64,000 bases of DNA from Bacillota bacterium. GTDB taxonomy: Bacteria; Bacillota; Clostridia; Lachnospirales; Lachnospiraceae. Shown here one piece after another: positions 10,283 to 22,408 of this stretch. Position 1 is the first letter of the stretch. Every line of letters starts with the position of its first letter. The stretch spans positions 1,748 through 65,747 of the forward strand of contig JAQXYZ010000066.1 in NCBI GenBank assembly GCA_029226935.1. The letters are read 5' to 3'. Below the pieces are notes generated by a model. That model was not told where the DNA came from, ran no database searches, and worked only from the letters and a program-made list of their open reading frames with translations. The translations under genes were made by a program, and so were the position numbers.

Positions 10283-10381
10283 TATAAACCTCATTATAAT
10301 TTTTTTATATCCTGTAGAGAAAAAATGTTGGAGAAGAGATCCCCAACATTTTCTCAAAAGATGAAAGCATAAATAAGTAAA

Positions 10382-11017
10382 TTAATTATTTCTGTTATTT
10401 TTTAATGTAACGACAACTCTTCTGAAAGGTTCTTCACCTTCACTATGTGTTGTAACATATTTATCATTCTGTAATGCAGAATGAATAATTCTTCTTTCAT
10501 AAGGATTCATAGGCTCTAAAGAAACAGAGCGTTTGGTTCTCTTTACTTTATAAGCGATATTTTTTGCAAGGTTTTCAAGTGTTTCTTTTCTTCTTTTCCG
10601 GTAATCCTCTGTATCAACTTTCACTCTGATATAATCTTCAGTTTCCTTATTAACAACCAAAGAAACAAGATATTGAAGAGAATCAAGTGTTTGTCCTCTC
10701 TTACCAATTAAAACACCCATTTCATCTCCACTTAAATCAACAGTAAGATTTCTGTTTTCTTCGTCATATTTTACATCTACTACTACTACCATATTCATGG
10801 CTTCAAAAACTTCATTTAAAAAATCCTTCGCTTTATCAGAAACAGAAGATTTCATTCTTGCTTTAATGACAGCAGGCTTTGATCCAATTCCTAAAAAACC
10901 GGTTGCCCCTTCATCAACTACAATATAATCTAATTTATCACTTGTAACTAAAAATTTCTGACAAGCTTCTGTAATTGCATCATTTACTGTTTTTGCTGAA
11001 ATTTCAATGTATTCCAT
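10382..11017 (-). CDS. jag: Jag/KhpB RNA-binding protein (Jag_N, KH, R3H)
   Basis: 211 aa with a KH-like LIGKRGQTLDSLQYL and an R3H-like ERRIIHSALQ. It sits in the conserved yidC-jag position. Confidence 0.85.
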   Translation of the reverse strand: MEYIEISAKTVNDAITEACQKFLVTSDKLDYIVVDEGATGFLGIGSKPAVIKARMKSSVSDKAKDFLNEVFEAMNMVVVVDVKYDEENRNLTVDLSGDEMGVLIGKRGQTLDSLQYLVSLVVNKETEDYIRVKVDTEDYRKRRKETLENLAKNIAYKVKRTKRSVSLEPMNPYERRIIHSALQNDKYVTTHSEGEEPFRRVVVTLKNNRNN

Positions 11018-11029
11018 AACAATACCCTC

Positions 11030-12415
11030 CTATTTGTTGTTCTTTTCATTGTATTGTTTTACCATATTTGCCTTAGCAGCAATGCTTCCCGGCTTTGCAT
11101 TCTGATTATAATATTCAGTAGACTTCTTGAGTGCCTCTTCTCTTTCACTCTGGCTCATAGGTTTTACCTGAGCTTTTGATGACATGGAAGGTTTTGAAGA
11201 ATTAATATTTCTTGTATTCAAAGAAGCATTTCTGTTCACTGTATTAGGATCAATTCCTGCTTTTGCAAGCTTTTTATTTCTCTTTTCAACATTTTTCTTA
11301 ATTAATTCATCAATATCGATTTTATCAATATGTTTATTAATTACGATCTGCTGAATACTTCTTACAACAGAACCTGCAATCCAGTAAACACCCATACCTA
11401 CAGGAAGCGTAAAACAGAAGAACGCTGACATAATAGGCATCATCATATTCATTGTTTTCATGGACTGAGCCATAGAATTCTGCTGATCATTCTGACTGGT
11501 TTCCGCCTGAGGCATCAATTTTACATTAATCCATTGCGTAAGTGCAGATAAAACAGGAATTGCAAGAGCTGCAATAATCATTAACCATTGTATTCCGTTA
11601 GCTGAATTCCATGCTTCACTTACCATAAAGGAAGGAGAATTTCCTATATTAATACCTAAAAAATTATTATATTTCTCAATTAAGCCTTTAGTAATTACAT
11701 CACCGTTAGCTCCAAACTGATTTAAAATATACTCACCATTATATTGAAGAGATGAAAGATTATAATGCTCTGCAACAATATTCATATCTGCAGATGTCAA
11801 TTTATTTAATACATCTACAATACCATTCTGCAGATTTCCTTCTGTCATGTTTTTTCCATACATGCTGAAAATCTTTGCAATACTTTCATTTCCGGAATTC
11901 TGCAAAAACGCACCATTATCTACAGAAATAATTTTATCTGCAAGTACACGGAATGTATCTCCAACCTTTCCTACATATGCAGGAATTGCGTAAATAACAC
12001 GGTAAAGTGCAAATAAAATAGGCATCTGAATCAACAACTGAATGCAGCTTCCGCTTGGAGAAACACCATATTTTGCATATACAGCCTGTGTTTCTTCATT
12101 CATTGCCATCATAGAATCATTGTCTTTTTTATTCTTATATTTTGCCTGAATTGCCTGAAGTTCAGGATTCATCTTAGCAGAAAGCTTTGAAAACTTCTGT
12201 TGTTTAATAGTAAGAGGCATTAATAATAAGTAAATAACAATTGTAAATAATATAATAGATAAACCTATATTAGGAATTCCGATTAAGTCTAATACTGTAA
12301 AAATTCCTTCCATAAGATATCCAAGGATCTTAGCAATAGGACCAAGTATAAAACCATTATCCTGAGTTAAAATAATTCCTGTCAATTTATTTCCTCCTGT
12401 TTTTGATTCTATCAA
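11030..12415 (-). CDS. yidC: YidC/SpoIIIJ-family membrane insertase (long form, 461 aa)
   Basis: Multi-TM protein with the PLTIKQQKFSKLSAKMNPELQAIQAKYK motif and PVGMGVYWIAGSVV. It is downstream of yidD/rnpA. It carries a large internal insertion and a basic C-terminal tail. Confidence 0.85.
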   Translation of the reverse strand: MIESKTGGNKLTGIILTQDNGFILGPIAKILGYLMEGIFTVLDLIGIPNIGLSIILFTIVIYLLLMPLTIKQQKFSKLSAKMNPELQAIQAKYKNKKDNDSMMAMNEETQAVYAKYGVSPSGSCIQLLIQMPILFALYRVIYAIPAYVGKVGDTFRVLADKIISVDNGAFLQNSGNESIAKIFSMYGKNMTEGNLQNGIVDVLNKLTSADMNIVAEHYNLSSLQYNGEYILNQFGANGDVITKGLIEKYNNFLGINIGNSPSFMVSEAWNSANGIQWLMIIAALAIPVLSALTQWINVKLMPQAETSQNDQQNSMAQSMKTMNMMMPIMSAFFCFTLPVGMGVYWIAGSVVRSIQQIVINKHIDKIDIDELIKKNVEKRNKKLAKAGIDPNTVNRNASLNTRNINSSKPSMSSKAQVKPMSQSEREEALKKSTEYYNQNAKPGSIAAKANMVKQYNEKNNK

Positions 12416-12418
12416 TTA

Positions 12419-12655
12419 TTAAGGTACAGGATCATATCCTCCCTTTGAAAAAGGATTACATCTGATAATTCTCCAAAGAGCAAGCAATCCACCTTTAAAA
12501 GCACCATACTTTTCTACTGCTTCAAGACCGTATTCTGAACAGGTAGGAAAATATGGACACTTTGTACTTTTCATTGGAGAAATATATTTTCTATAAAATT
12601 TAATCAATAAAATCAATAATTTTTTCATAATGCTATTTTCTGATTTCTTCATCAC
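12419..12655 (-). CDS. yidD: membrane protein insertion efficiency factor YidD
   Basis: 78-aa ORF with YRKYISP...[19 protein letters not shown]...RCNPF. The start may be the internal ATG at 12628. Confidence 0.88.
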   Translation of the reverse strand: MMKKSENSIMKKLLILLIKFYRKYISPMKSTKCPYFPTCSEYGLEAVEKYGAFKGGLLALWRIIRCNPFSKGGYDPVP

Positions 12656-13013
12656 TTAAACCATAAAAAAATATCTTAATTACCTGATGAAGCTTTGCAA
12701 GATGTAATAAAGCGCTTTCTATCTCCCAAAATGATACGGAAGAAGCGCTATTTCTGGCTATGACTACTATATCTAAACCACTATTAAATATATTTTCGTG
12801 TAGTCTGTAACTTTCTCTTATCAATCTTGTAACCCTATGTCTGACAACGCTGTTTCCTACTTTTTTACTTACACTTATTCCCAACCTGTTTTTTCCTGTA
12901 TTATTTTCCAAAACATACATAACCAAATATTTGTTGGCATATGATTTGCCATTTTTATAAACATGCTGGAAATCAAAATTACTTTTTAAGGATTCTGAAA
13001 ACTTATATTTCAT
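12633..13013 (-). CDS. rnpA: ribonuclease P protein component
   Basis: 126 aa with [23 protein letters not shown] (RNR-like motif). It lies directly downstream of rpmH. Confidence 0.88.
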   Translation of the reverse strand: MKYKFSESLKSNFDFQHVYKNGKSYANKYLVMYVLENNTGKNRLGISVSKKVGNSVVRHRVTRLIRESYRLHENIFNSGLDIVVIARNSASSVSFWEIESALLHLAKLHQVIKIFFYGLSDEEIRK

Positions 13014-13038
13014 TTTTTTACCTTTAATAACTGTGTAG

Positions 13039-13062
13039 AAAAAAAGGCCACATAATGCGGCC
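13039..13062 (-). terminator. hairpin plus T-tract at the rpmH stop (attenuator between rpmH and rnpA)
   Basis: On the minus strand: GGCCGCA-TTA-TGTGGCC (7 bp including one G-U pair) followed by TTTTTTT. The stem overlaps the rpmH stop codon. Confidence 0.45.
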
Positions 13063-13196
13063 TATGCTGATAATTTTTTTCTTCCTTTTGCTCTTCTGGC
13101 TGCTAAAACCTTTCTGCCGCCGGGAGTACTCATTCTGGCTCTGAAACCATGAACTTTAGATCTCTGTCTCTTTTTAGGCTGGAAAGTCATTTTCAT
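13062..13196 (-). CDS. rpmH: 50S ribosomal protein L34
   Basis: Below the ORF-track size cutoff. My translation is [44 protein letters not shown] followed by a stop. Confidence 0.93.
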   Translation of the reverse strand: MKMTFQPKKRQRSKVHGFRARMSTPGGRKVLAARRAKGRKKLSA

Positions 13197-13283
13197 ACGG
13201 ATGCACCTCCTTTACTGAACCTTAATCTATGATAAGGTAAACAAATATTTAGATTAACTGTTTCTTTGGAAAATATCATAACG

Positions 13284-13312
13284 ATTATATAAGATTAAAT
13301 CTTTTCCGTCAA
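13284..13312 (-). promoter_or_regulatory. sigma-A type promoter for rpmH
   Basis: The minus strand reads TTGACG, a 17-nt spacer, then TATAAT, about 90 nt upstream of rpmH. The background is AT-rich, so a chance match is possible. Confidence 0.45.
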
Positions 13313-13456
13313 GTAAAATACCATAATTTTATTTGTAAAAAAATATGAAAAAAATACAGTAAAAATCGTTACTTTTTATATCTCTATATATAGTAACAGA
13401 TAGCTCATTAAAACCACAAAATATAGAAATAAAATAAATAATAAATTTACATAATT

Positions 13457-13592
13457 ATATCCACAAAATGTGTATAAGTTGTGGATAACTTTATTTTTTT
13501 ATACATTTTATAAATTTGAAACGCTTTTTTGCCTTATTTAAGGGTGTGTAAATTGTTTATTACTATTTTTAAGTTATTCACAATCATCCACA
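13457..13592. promoter_or_regulatory. oriC: oriC left part: DnaA-box cluster upstream of dnaA
   Basis: ATATCCACA at 13457..13465. Perfect TTATCCACA on the minus strand at 13480..13488. TTATTCACA at 13574..13582. TCATCCACA at 13584..13592. All lie in an AT-rich 500-bp spacer where gene orientation switches. Confidence 0.75.
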
Positions 13593-13625
13593 AAACAGTA
13601 ATAAATTATGTAAACTAAAAAGGAT

Positions 13626-13654
13626 TTGAAATTTTATAAAATTTATATTAATAT
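13626..13654 (+). promoter_or_regulatory. candidate sigma-A promoter for dnaA
   Basis: TTGAAA, a 17-nt spacer, then TAATAT, about 50 nt upstream of dnaA. AT-rich context, so specificity is low. Confidence 0.3.
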
Positions 13655-13703
13655 ATAGTAGAGTAATTTTGTATTTCTCTTTTTACTATTTATTGGGGGC
13701 TAT

Positions 13704-15056
13704 GTGATGGATTTTATTAAAGAAAACTGGGACTTAATTAAAGAAACACTTAGAACAGAATATGATTTATCAGATATCTCCTATAATACATGGGTAAAAC
13801 CTTTAAACTTCCATAATGTGAAGGATGATGTTGTAACAATTATGATTCCTTCCGATCAGGCACATGCCCTGAAATATATTTCCTCAAAATACAAAAGCTA
13901 TTTTCAGGTTACTATTTCTGAAATGATGGATCATACCTATGATATTTCTTTTATTTTGGAAAAGGATGCAGAAGATGAAATGCTTTCTGCACCCGGAGCA
14001 GTCTACAATATCAATTATGAAAATGCCAACTTAAATTCAAAATACAGATTTGATACTTTCGTAGTAGGCGGAAATAATAAATTTGCTCATTCTGCTTCGT
14101 TAGCTGTGGCTGAATCGCCCGGGGTCGCATATAATCCTCTCTATTTATATGGAGGAGCAGGGCTTGGAAAAACTCACCTGATGCATTCCATAGGTCACTT
14201 TATATTAGACCAAAATCCTGATATGAAGGTATTGTATGTTACTTCTGAACAATTTACAAATGAAGTAATTGAATCCATCAGAAGCGGTAATGCCGCTAAA
14301 ATGAATAAATTAAGAGAAAAATACAGGACAGTGGATGTACTCTTAATCGACGATGTCCAATTTATTATAGGTAAGGAAAGTACACAGGAGGAATTTTTTC
14401 ATACCTTTAACGTACTTCATTCTGCAGGAAAACAGATTATACTTTCTTCCGACAAACCACCAAAAGAAATGGAAACTTTGGAAGAAAGATTTCGTTCACG
14501 ATTTGAGTGGGGATTAATAGCAGATATCCAACCACCTGATTATGAAACCAGAATGGCAATCCTTAAGAAAAATGCCGAAAACAGTAATAAGGAAATAAAG
14601 GAAGAAATTTTTCAGTATATTGCAACTAATATTAAATCTAATATCAGAGAGCTTGAGGGTGCATACAATAAAGTAATTGCATTTGCAAAACTAAATAAAG
14701 TAGAAATTACCCTTGATAATGTAGAGGAAGCTTTAAAAGACATTATTTCTCCTAATGCAGACAGACAGGTTACTCCACAGTTAATTATTGATGTAGTAGC
14801 TGAACATTTTGGAATATCATCAGAAGATATTGTATCAAAAAGGCGTAATTCAGAATTTGTTCAGCCAAGACAGATCTGCATGTACCTTTGCAGAAAGCTT
14901 ACTACTGAATCTCTGCAAAGTATAGGCAAATCACTTGGTAAAAAGGATCATACAACAGTTATCCACGGTATTGAGAAAATATCTGAGGAAATTGTTCATA
15001 ACGAAGAATTAAAAAACAGAATTGAAATCATACAGAAAAAAATTAACCCTGTCTAA
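13704..15056 (+). CDS. dnaA: chromosomal replication initiator protein DnaA
   Basis: Walker A GGAGLGKTHLMH, Walker B LLIDDVQF, and the domain IV HTH (KKDHTTVIHGIEKI). The start is GTG 13704 or the adjacent ATG 13707, behind a GGGGG SD. Confidence 0.97.
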   Translation: MMDFIKENWDLIKETLRTEYDLSDISYNTWVKPLNFHNVKDDVVTIMIPSDQAHALKYISSKYKSYFQVTISEMMDHTYDISFILEKDAEDEMLSAPGAVYNINYENANLNSKYRFDTFVVGGNNKFAHSASLAVAESPGVAYNPLYLYGGAGLGKTHLMHSIGHFILDQNPDMKVLYVTSEQFTNEVIESIRSGNAAKMNKLREKYRTVDVLLIDDVQFIIGKESTQEEFFHTFNVLHSAGKQIILSSDKPPKEMETLEERFRSRFEWGLIADIQPPDYETRMAILKKNAENSNKEIKEEIFQYIATNIKSNIRELEGAYNKVIAFAKLNKVEITLDNVEEALKDIISPNADRQVTPQLIIDVVAEHFGISSEDIVSKRRNSEFVQPRQICMYLCRKLTTESLQSIGKSLGKKDHTTVIHGIEKISEEIVHNEELKNRIEIIQKKINPV

Positions 15057-15065
15057 AAAAAGGAT

Positions 15066-15277
15066 TGTGAATAAATAAAAGGTTATCCCTTAAATAAATT
15101 TTAATTATCCACATGTTTTACATTCCTTTTTAAGTCTAAAAATAGTATAATAAAGGAGTTATACACATATTAACATCCATTATTAATTAGATTACTGAAT
15201 TCATTATATATTTATAGGACAGGCAGTAACTTTTTGAACTGGTTGATCATTTTTACAAAGAAAGGAAGTTATACACA
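15066..15277. promoter_or_regulatory. oriC: oriC right part: DnaA boxes and AT-rich stretch in the dnaA-dnaN spacer
   Basis: TTATTCACA (minus strand) at 15066..15074. Perfect TTATCCACA at 15105..15113. TTATACACA at 15159..15167 and 15269..15277. An AT-rich run spans 15170..15230. Confidence 0.7.
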
Positions 15278-15278
15278 A

Positions 15279-16388
15279 ATGAAATTAGTATGTAGTAAAT
15301 CAAACCTGTTAAACGGAGTACAGATTGTTTCAAAAGCTGTTCCTAATAAAACTACTATGTCTATTCTTGAATGTATCCTGATTGATGCTACCGGAAAAGA
15401 CATCAAACTGATTGCAAATGATATGGAACTTGGTATTGAAACAGTTATAGAAGGAAATATAGTTGAGAAAGGACAGATTGCTCTTGATGCAAAAATACTT
15501 CTTGATATCGTAAGAAAACTTCCTGACAGTGAAATTACAGTTGAAACAGATAAATCATTTAAGACAAATATTACCTGTGAGAAAGCTAAATTTACCATTA
15601 TTGGTAAATCAGGAGAAGATTTTTCATATTTACCTTCCATTGAAAGAATTGATTCTATTGTTGTTTCTCAATTTACTTTGAAGGAAGTTGTAAGACAGAC
15701 GATCTTTTCCATTGCTGATAATGATAATAATAAATTAATGACAGGTGAATTATTTGATATCAGCGGAAATAACTTAAAGGTTGTTTCACTGGATGGTCAC
15801 AGAATTTCTATTCGTAAGATAGAGCTTAAGGACAGCTATCCTTCAAGAAAGGTAGTTGTTCCCGGAAAGACCTTGAATGAAGTAAGTAAAATCCTATCAG
15901 GCGATGCAGATAAAGATGTAAGCATCTTCTTTACAGGAAAGCATATTGTATTTGAATTTGATAAGACAACAGTGGTTTCAAGGTTGATTGAAGGAGAATA
16001 TTTTAAAATTGACCAGATGCTTTCAAGCGATTACGAAACGAAGGTTACAATTAACAAGAGAGAATTGCTTGAATGTATTGACAGAGCTACTCTTCTTGTA
16101 AAAGAAGGAGATAAAAAGCCTATTATTATCAATATTACGGATGGAATGATGGAACTTAAAATTAATTCCACTGTTGGAAGCATGAATGAAGAAATTGATA
16201 TTGCGAAGCAGGGCAAGGATCTGATGATAGGATTTAACCCTAAATTTATGATTGATGCACTTCGTGTTATTGATGATGAACAGATTGACATTTATCTTGT
16301 AAATCCTAAGGCTCCATGTTTTATAAGAGATGCAGCAGAAAATTATATTTATTTGATCCTTCCTGTAAATTTTACAACAGTAAATTAA
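15279..16388 (+). CDS. dnaN: DNA polymerase III beta sliding clamp
   Basis: MKLVCSKSNLLNGVQIVSKAV... with the typical three-domain clamp length. I place the start at ATG 15279 behind an AAAGGAAG SD; the first 15 codons of the tracked ORF look spurious. Confidence 0.95.
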   Translation: MKLVCSKSNLLNGVQIVSKAVPNKTTMSILECILIDATGKDIKLIANDMELGIETVIEGNIVEKGQIALDAKILLDIVRKLPDSEITVETDKSFKTNITCEKAKFTIIGKSGEDFSYLPSIERIDSIVVSQFTLKEVVRQTIFSIADNDNNKLMTGELFDISGNNLKVVSLDGHRISIRKIELKDSYPSRKVVVPGKTLNEVSKILSGDADKDVSIFFTGKHIVFEFDKTTVVSRLIEGEYFKIDQMLSSDYETKVTINKRELLECIDRATLLVKEGDKKPIIINITDGMMELKINSTVGSMNEEIDIAKQGKDLMIGFNPKFMIDALRVIDDEQIDIYLVNPKAPCFIRDAAENYIYLILPVNFTTVN

Positions 16389-16451
16389 TTTTTTAATATT
16401 TAATTTTTGATTAGTTTATATGAATGATAGCTGGTTTAAAAGAGGAAAAAG

Positions 16452-16661
16452 ATGGAAACAATCAAATTAAAGGATGAATATATTAAACTTGGACAGGCGC
16501 TCAAAGCTGCAGGTCTGGTTGAATCTGGTGTAGATGCTAAGTTTGCTATTCAGGACGGATTGGTAAAGGTCAACGGTCAAATAGAAGTTCAAAGAGGCAA
16601 AAAGCTATATGATGGTGATATAGTAGAATTTGAAGGTAACCAGATTAATATTAAAAGCTGA
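16452..16661 (+). CDS. yaaA: S4-domain RNA-binding protein YaaA
   Basis: 69 aa with an S4-like fold (LGQALKAAGLVESGVDAKFAIQDGLVKVNG). It sits in the conserved dnaN-yaaA-recF position. Confidence 0.85.
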   Translation: METIKLKDEYIKLGQALKAAGLVESGVDAKFAIQDGLVKVNGQIEVQRGKKLYDGDIVEFEGNQINIKS

Positions 16662-16701
16662 TGAAGGCTGAAATAGAAAGGCTGTTAGGTTAAAATTTAA
16701 G

Positions 16702-17793
16702 ATGATCATTAAATCTCTTGAACTGGCTGATTTTAGAAATTATGAAACTTTAAATATCAATTTTGACAAAGGTACTAATATTCTTTATGGTGATAATGCA
16801 CAAGGTAAAACAAATATACTTGAAGCAATTTATGTCTCTGCTACAACAAAATCCCATAAAGGAAGTAAAGATAAGGAAATTGTAAATTTTAATAAAGAAG
16901 AGGCACATATCAGAACCTATTTAGAAAAAGAAGATGTTGAATATAGAGTTGATATGCATCTAAGAAAGAACAAATCTAAGGGAATTGCTATTGATGGCCA
17001 GAAAATAAAAAAGGCTGCGGATTTGCTTGGACTTTTAAATGTTGTTTTCTTTTCTCCTGAAGATCTTGCAATCATAAAGAATGGTCCCTCTGAAAGAAGA
17101 AGATTTGCAGATTTAGAGCTTTGTCAGTTGGATAATTTTTATCTTTATAATTTAAATCATTATAATAAAATCATTAATCAGAGAAATAAGCTTCTTAAGG
17201 ATATGTATTTTAATCCGGGACTTAGGGAAACTCTAAATATCTGGGACTCTCAATTGGTGTCTTTTGGAAGTAAAATTATTGAAAGAAGAGAGCTTTTTGC
17301 AAAACAGCTGTGTGAAATTATAGGAGATATACATAAAAAGTTATCCGGTGGAAAAGAAGAACTTATTATTCAATATGAGCCTGATGTTTCAATAGAAGAT
17401 TTTGAAAAAAAAATGAAGGAAAATCAAGAAAAAGATATTCGTTCCAAAATGACTTCTACAGGACCACACAGAGATGATTTTTCTTTTATCGTGAATGGAA
17501 TTGATATTCGAAAATATGGTTCTCAGGGACAGCAGAGGACAGCTGCACTTTCTCTTAAATTATCTGAAATTGAACTGGTTAAAAAAATGACGAAGGATAC
17601 TCCGGTTCTTCTTCTTGATGATGTTTTATCAGAATTAGACAGCAACAGACAAAATTATCTTCTTAACAGTATAGGAGATATTCAAACCATTATAACCTGC
17701 ACCGGTTTGGATGAATTTGTAAATAACAGATTTGAAATTAACAGGATTTTTAAGGTTAACAGTGGCATTGTTGAAATGATAACAAATAATTAA
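16702..17793 (+). CDS. recF: DNA replication and repair protein RecF
   Basis: Walker A GDNAQGKTNILEA, signature SQGQQRTAALSLKL and Walker B LLLDDVLSELD. Confidence 0.95.
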   Translation: MIIKSLELADFRNYETLNINFDKGTNILYGDNAQGKTNILEAIYVSATTKSHKGSKDKEIVNFNKEEAHIRTYLEKEDVEYRVDMHLRKNKSKGIAIDGQKIKKAADLLGLLNVVFFSPEDLAIIKNGPSERRRFADLELCQLDNFYLYNLNHYNKIINQRNKLLKDMYFNPGLRETLNIWDSQLVSFGSKIIERRELFAKQLCEIIGDIHKKLSGGKEELIIQYEPDVSIEDFEKKMKENQEKDIRSKMTSTGPHRDDFSFIVNGIDIRKYGSQGQQRTAALSLKLSEIELVKKMTKDTPVLLLDDVLSELDSNRQNYLLNSIGDIQTIITCTGLDEFVNNRFEINRIFKVNSGIVEMITNN

Positions 17794-19758
<1,965 letters not shown>

Positions 19759-19780
19759 TGTCAAATAGTTAGGAGCAAAA

Positions 19781-22351
19781 ATGGAAGATAATATTTTTGA
19801 TAAAGTCCATGATGTGGACCTGAAAAAAACCATGGAAACATCTTATATTGATTATGCAATGAGTGTTATTGCTTCCAGAGCACTTCCTGATGTAAGAGAT
19901 GGTTTAAAGCCTGTACAGAGAAGAGTTCTATACTCAATGATAGAACTTAATAACGGACCCGACAAACCGCACAGAAAAAGTGCCCGTATTGTCGGTGATA
20001 CAATGGGTAAGTATCACCCTCACGGTGATAGTTCTATTTATGGTGCTTTGGTAAATATGGCACAGCCCTGGTCATTTCGTTATCCCTTGGTAGATGGTCA
20101 TGGAAATTTTGGTTCTGTAGATGGTGACGGTGCTGCTGCCATGCGTTATACAGAAGCAAGATTAAGTAAAATTTCCATGGAACTTCTGGCTGATATCAAT
20201 AAGGATACAGTAGACTTTGTACCTAACTTTGATGAAACAGAAAAAGAACCTTCCGTACTTCCAAGCCGTTATCCTAATCTTCTTGTAAATGGAACCACCG
20301 GTATTGCAGTAGGTATGGCAACCAATATTCCACCTCACAACTTAAGGGAAGTGGTGGATGCTATTGTTAAAATCATTGATAATAGGATTATTGATGATAG
20401 AGAAACAGAAATTGAAGAGATTCTTTCTATTATTAAAGCACCTGATTTTCCTACAGGCGGTATTATTTTAGGAACAAGGGGAAGTGAGGAAGCTTACAGA
20501 ACCGGACGTGGAAAAGTCAGAGTCCGCGCAGTAACCGATATTGAAACCATGGCAAATGGGAAGACAAGAATTATTGTAACAGAGCTTCCCTATATGGTAA
20601 ATAAAGCAAACTTAATCCAGAAAATTGCAGAATTAGTTAAGCTGAAAAAAATTGATGGTATTACAGACCTTCGTGATGAATCTGACAGAGAAGGTATGCG
20701 TATTGTCATAGAGCTGCGTCGTGATGCAAATGCAAATATTATATTGAATCATTTATATAAGCATACACAGATGCAGGATACCTTCGGTATTATCATGCTG
20801 GCGTTGGTTAACAATGAACCGAAGGTTTTAAATATTCTTGATATGTTGAAAGCTTATATAGCACATCAGGAAGATGTAGTAACCAGAAGAACTAAATATG
20901 ATCTTAATAAAGCAGAAGAAAGAGATCATATTTTACAGGGCTTATTGATTGCTCTTGATAATATAGATGAAGTAATCAAAATTATCAGAGGAAGCCGTAC
21001 TACTCAAATTGCAAAAGAAAATCTGATGGAACGCTTTGGTCTTACCGAGGTTCAGGCACAGGCAATTGTGGATATGCGTCTTCGTGCTCTGACTGGTTTG
21101 GAAAGAGAAAAGCTCGAAAATGAACATCAGGAACTGCTTGCAAAAATTGCAGAATTAAAAGCAATTCTTGCAGATGAAAAGCTTCTGCTTGGTGTGATCA
21201 GGACTGAAATTAAGGAAATTTCCGATAAATTTGGAGATGATCGAAAGAGTAAAATCGGCTTTGATGCTTACGATATTTCAATGGAAGATATGATTCCAAA
21301 TGAAAATACAATTATTGCAATGTCCAATCTTGGATATATCAAGCGTATGACCATTGATAATTTTAAATCTCAGCATCGCGGCGGTAAAGGCATTAAGGGA
21401 ATGCAGACCATTGAAGATGATTTTATTGCAGATCTTCTGATGACAACGACCCACCATTATATAATGTTCTTTACTAATTTTGGTCGTGTTTACAGATTAA
21501 AGACTTATGAAATTCCTGAAGGAAGCCGAACTTCAAGAGGAGTTGCAATTGTTAATATTCTTCAATTAAATCCTGGTGAAAAAATAAGCGCTATTATTCC
21601 TGTTAAGGATTATGAAGAAAATAAAAATCTCTTTATGGTTACCAGAAAGGGTATTGTAAAAAAGACCAGTATTGTAGAGTATAGCAATGTTCGCAAGAAC
21701 GGTCTTGCTGCAATTAATCTTCGTGAAGATGATGAGTTAATTGAAGTGAAGATTACCGATAAAAATACAGAGATTTTCCTTGTAACAAAATATGGCATGT
21801 GCATCAGATTTAAGGAAACAGATGTCCGTGCGACCGGAAGAACTTCTATGGGTGTTATTGGCATGAATCTTGGTGACGGAGATGAAATTGTAGGCATGCA
21901 GCTTGATCATCAGGGTGATTCTCTTCTTATTGTTTCTGAAAATGGAATGGGTAAACGTACTTATTTAAATGAATTTACTGTTCAGAAACGAGGAGGCAAA
22001 GGTGTTAAGTGTTATAAGATCACAGAAAAGACAGGTGATGTGATAGGTGTCAAGGCAGTTAATGATGACCATGAAATTATGATGATTACTACCGGAGGCG
22101 TCATTATTCAAATCAGAATGGAAGATATTTCAACCCTTGGACGTATTACATCCGGTGTGAAGCTGATTAACCTTGATTCCGGCGTAACTGTTGCACAGAT
22201 AGCAAAGGTAAGGGAAAAGGTATCAAATGGAGATCAGGAATTTGAAAATATAGATGATGCAATGGAAGAGATACCTGATCAGGATATGAGTTCTTTAGAT
22301 TTTGAAGAAGATGAGGAAGTTACACTTCCAAAAGAGGACGAAGAAGAATAA
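19781..22351 (+). CDS. gyrA: DNA gyrase subunit A
   Basis: The active-site region [14 protein letters not shown]-like [10 protein letters not shown], and an acidic C-terminal tail. Confidence 0.97.
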   Translation: MEDNIFDKVHDVDLKKTMETSYIDYAMSVIASRALPDVRDGLKPVQRRVLYSMIELNNGPDKPHRKSARIVGDTMGKYHPHGDSSIYGALVNMAQPWSFRYPLVDGHGNFGSVDGDGAAAMRYTEARLSKISMELLADINKDTVDFVPNFDETEKEPSVLPSRYPNLLVNGTTGIAVGMATNIPPHNLREVVDAIVKIIDNRIIDDRETEIEEILSIIKAPDFPTGGIILGTRGSEEAYRTGRGKVRVRAVTDIETMANGKTRIIVTELPYMVNKANLIQKIAELVKLKKIDGITDLRDESDREGMRIVIELRRDANANIILNHLYKHTQMQDTFGIIMLALVNNEPKVLNILDMLKAYIAHQEDVVTRRTKYDLNKAEERDHILQGLLIALDNIDEVIKIIRGSRTTQIAKENLMERFGLTEVQAQAIVDMRLRALTGLEREKLENEHQELLAKIAELKAILADEKLLLGVIRTEIKEISDKFGDDRKSKIGFDAYDISMEDMIPNENTIIAMSNLGYIKRMTIDNFKSQHRGGKGIKGMQTIEDDFIADLLMTTTHHYIMFFTNFGRVYRLKTYEIPEGSRTSRGVAIVNILQLNPGEKISAIIPVKDYEENKNLFMVTRKGIVKKTSIVEYSNVRKNGLAAINLREDDELIEVKITDKNTEIFLVTKYGMCIRFKETDVRATGRTSMGVIGMNLGDGDEIVGMQLDHQGDSLLIVSENGMGKRTYLNEFTVQKRGGKGVKCYKITEKTGDVIGVKAVNDDHEIMMITTGGVIIQIRMEDISTLGRITSGVKLINLDSGVTVAQIAKVREKVSNGDQEFENIDDAMEEIPDQDMSSLDFEEDEEVTLPKEDEEE

Positions 22352-22363
22352 ATATCGTAATGA

Positions 22364-22396
22364 AAATCCCCATTAGTAAATCTGATGGGGATTTTT
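22364..22396 (+). terminator. rho-independent terminator after gyrA
   Basis: AAATCCCCAT, an 11-nt loop, then ATGGGGATTT followed by TT. It overlaps the first ATG of tracked ORF 22385. Confidence 0.6.
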
Positions 22397-22408
22397 GGGA
22401 GGAAACAT

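Noticed and set aside
10283-10357. N-terminal extensions in the tracked ORFs of mnmE, dnaN (15234..15278), the XRE regulator (24420..24527), the lipoprotein (29532..29579), rlmI (35484..35525), cpaF (54085..54147), tadB (55175..55279) and tadC (55977..56045).
   Set aside because: In each case an internal ATG with a proper SD matches the conserved family N-terminus. The extensions overlap upstream genes or terminators.
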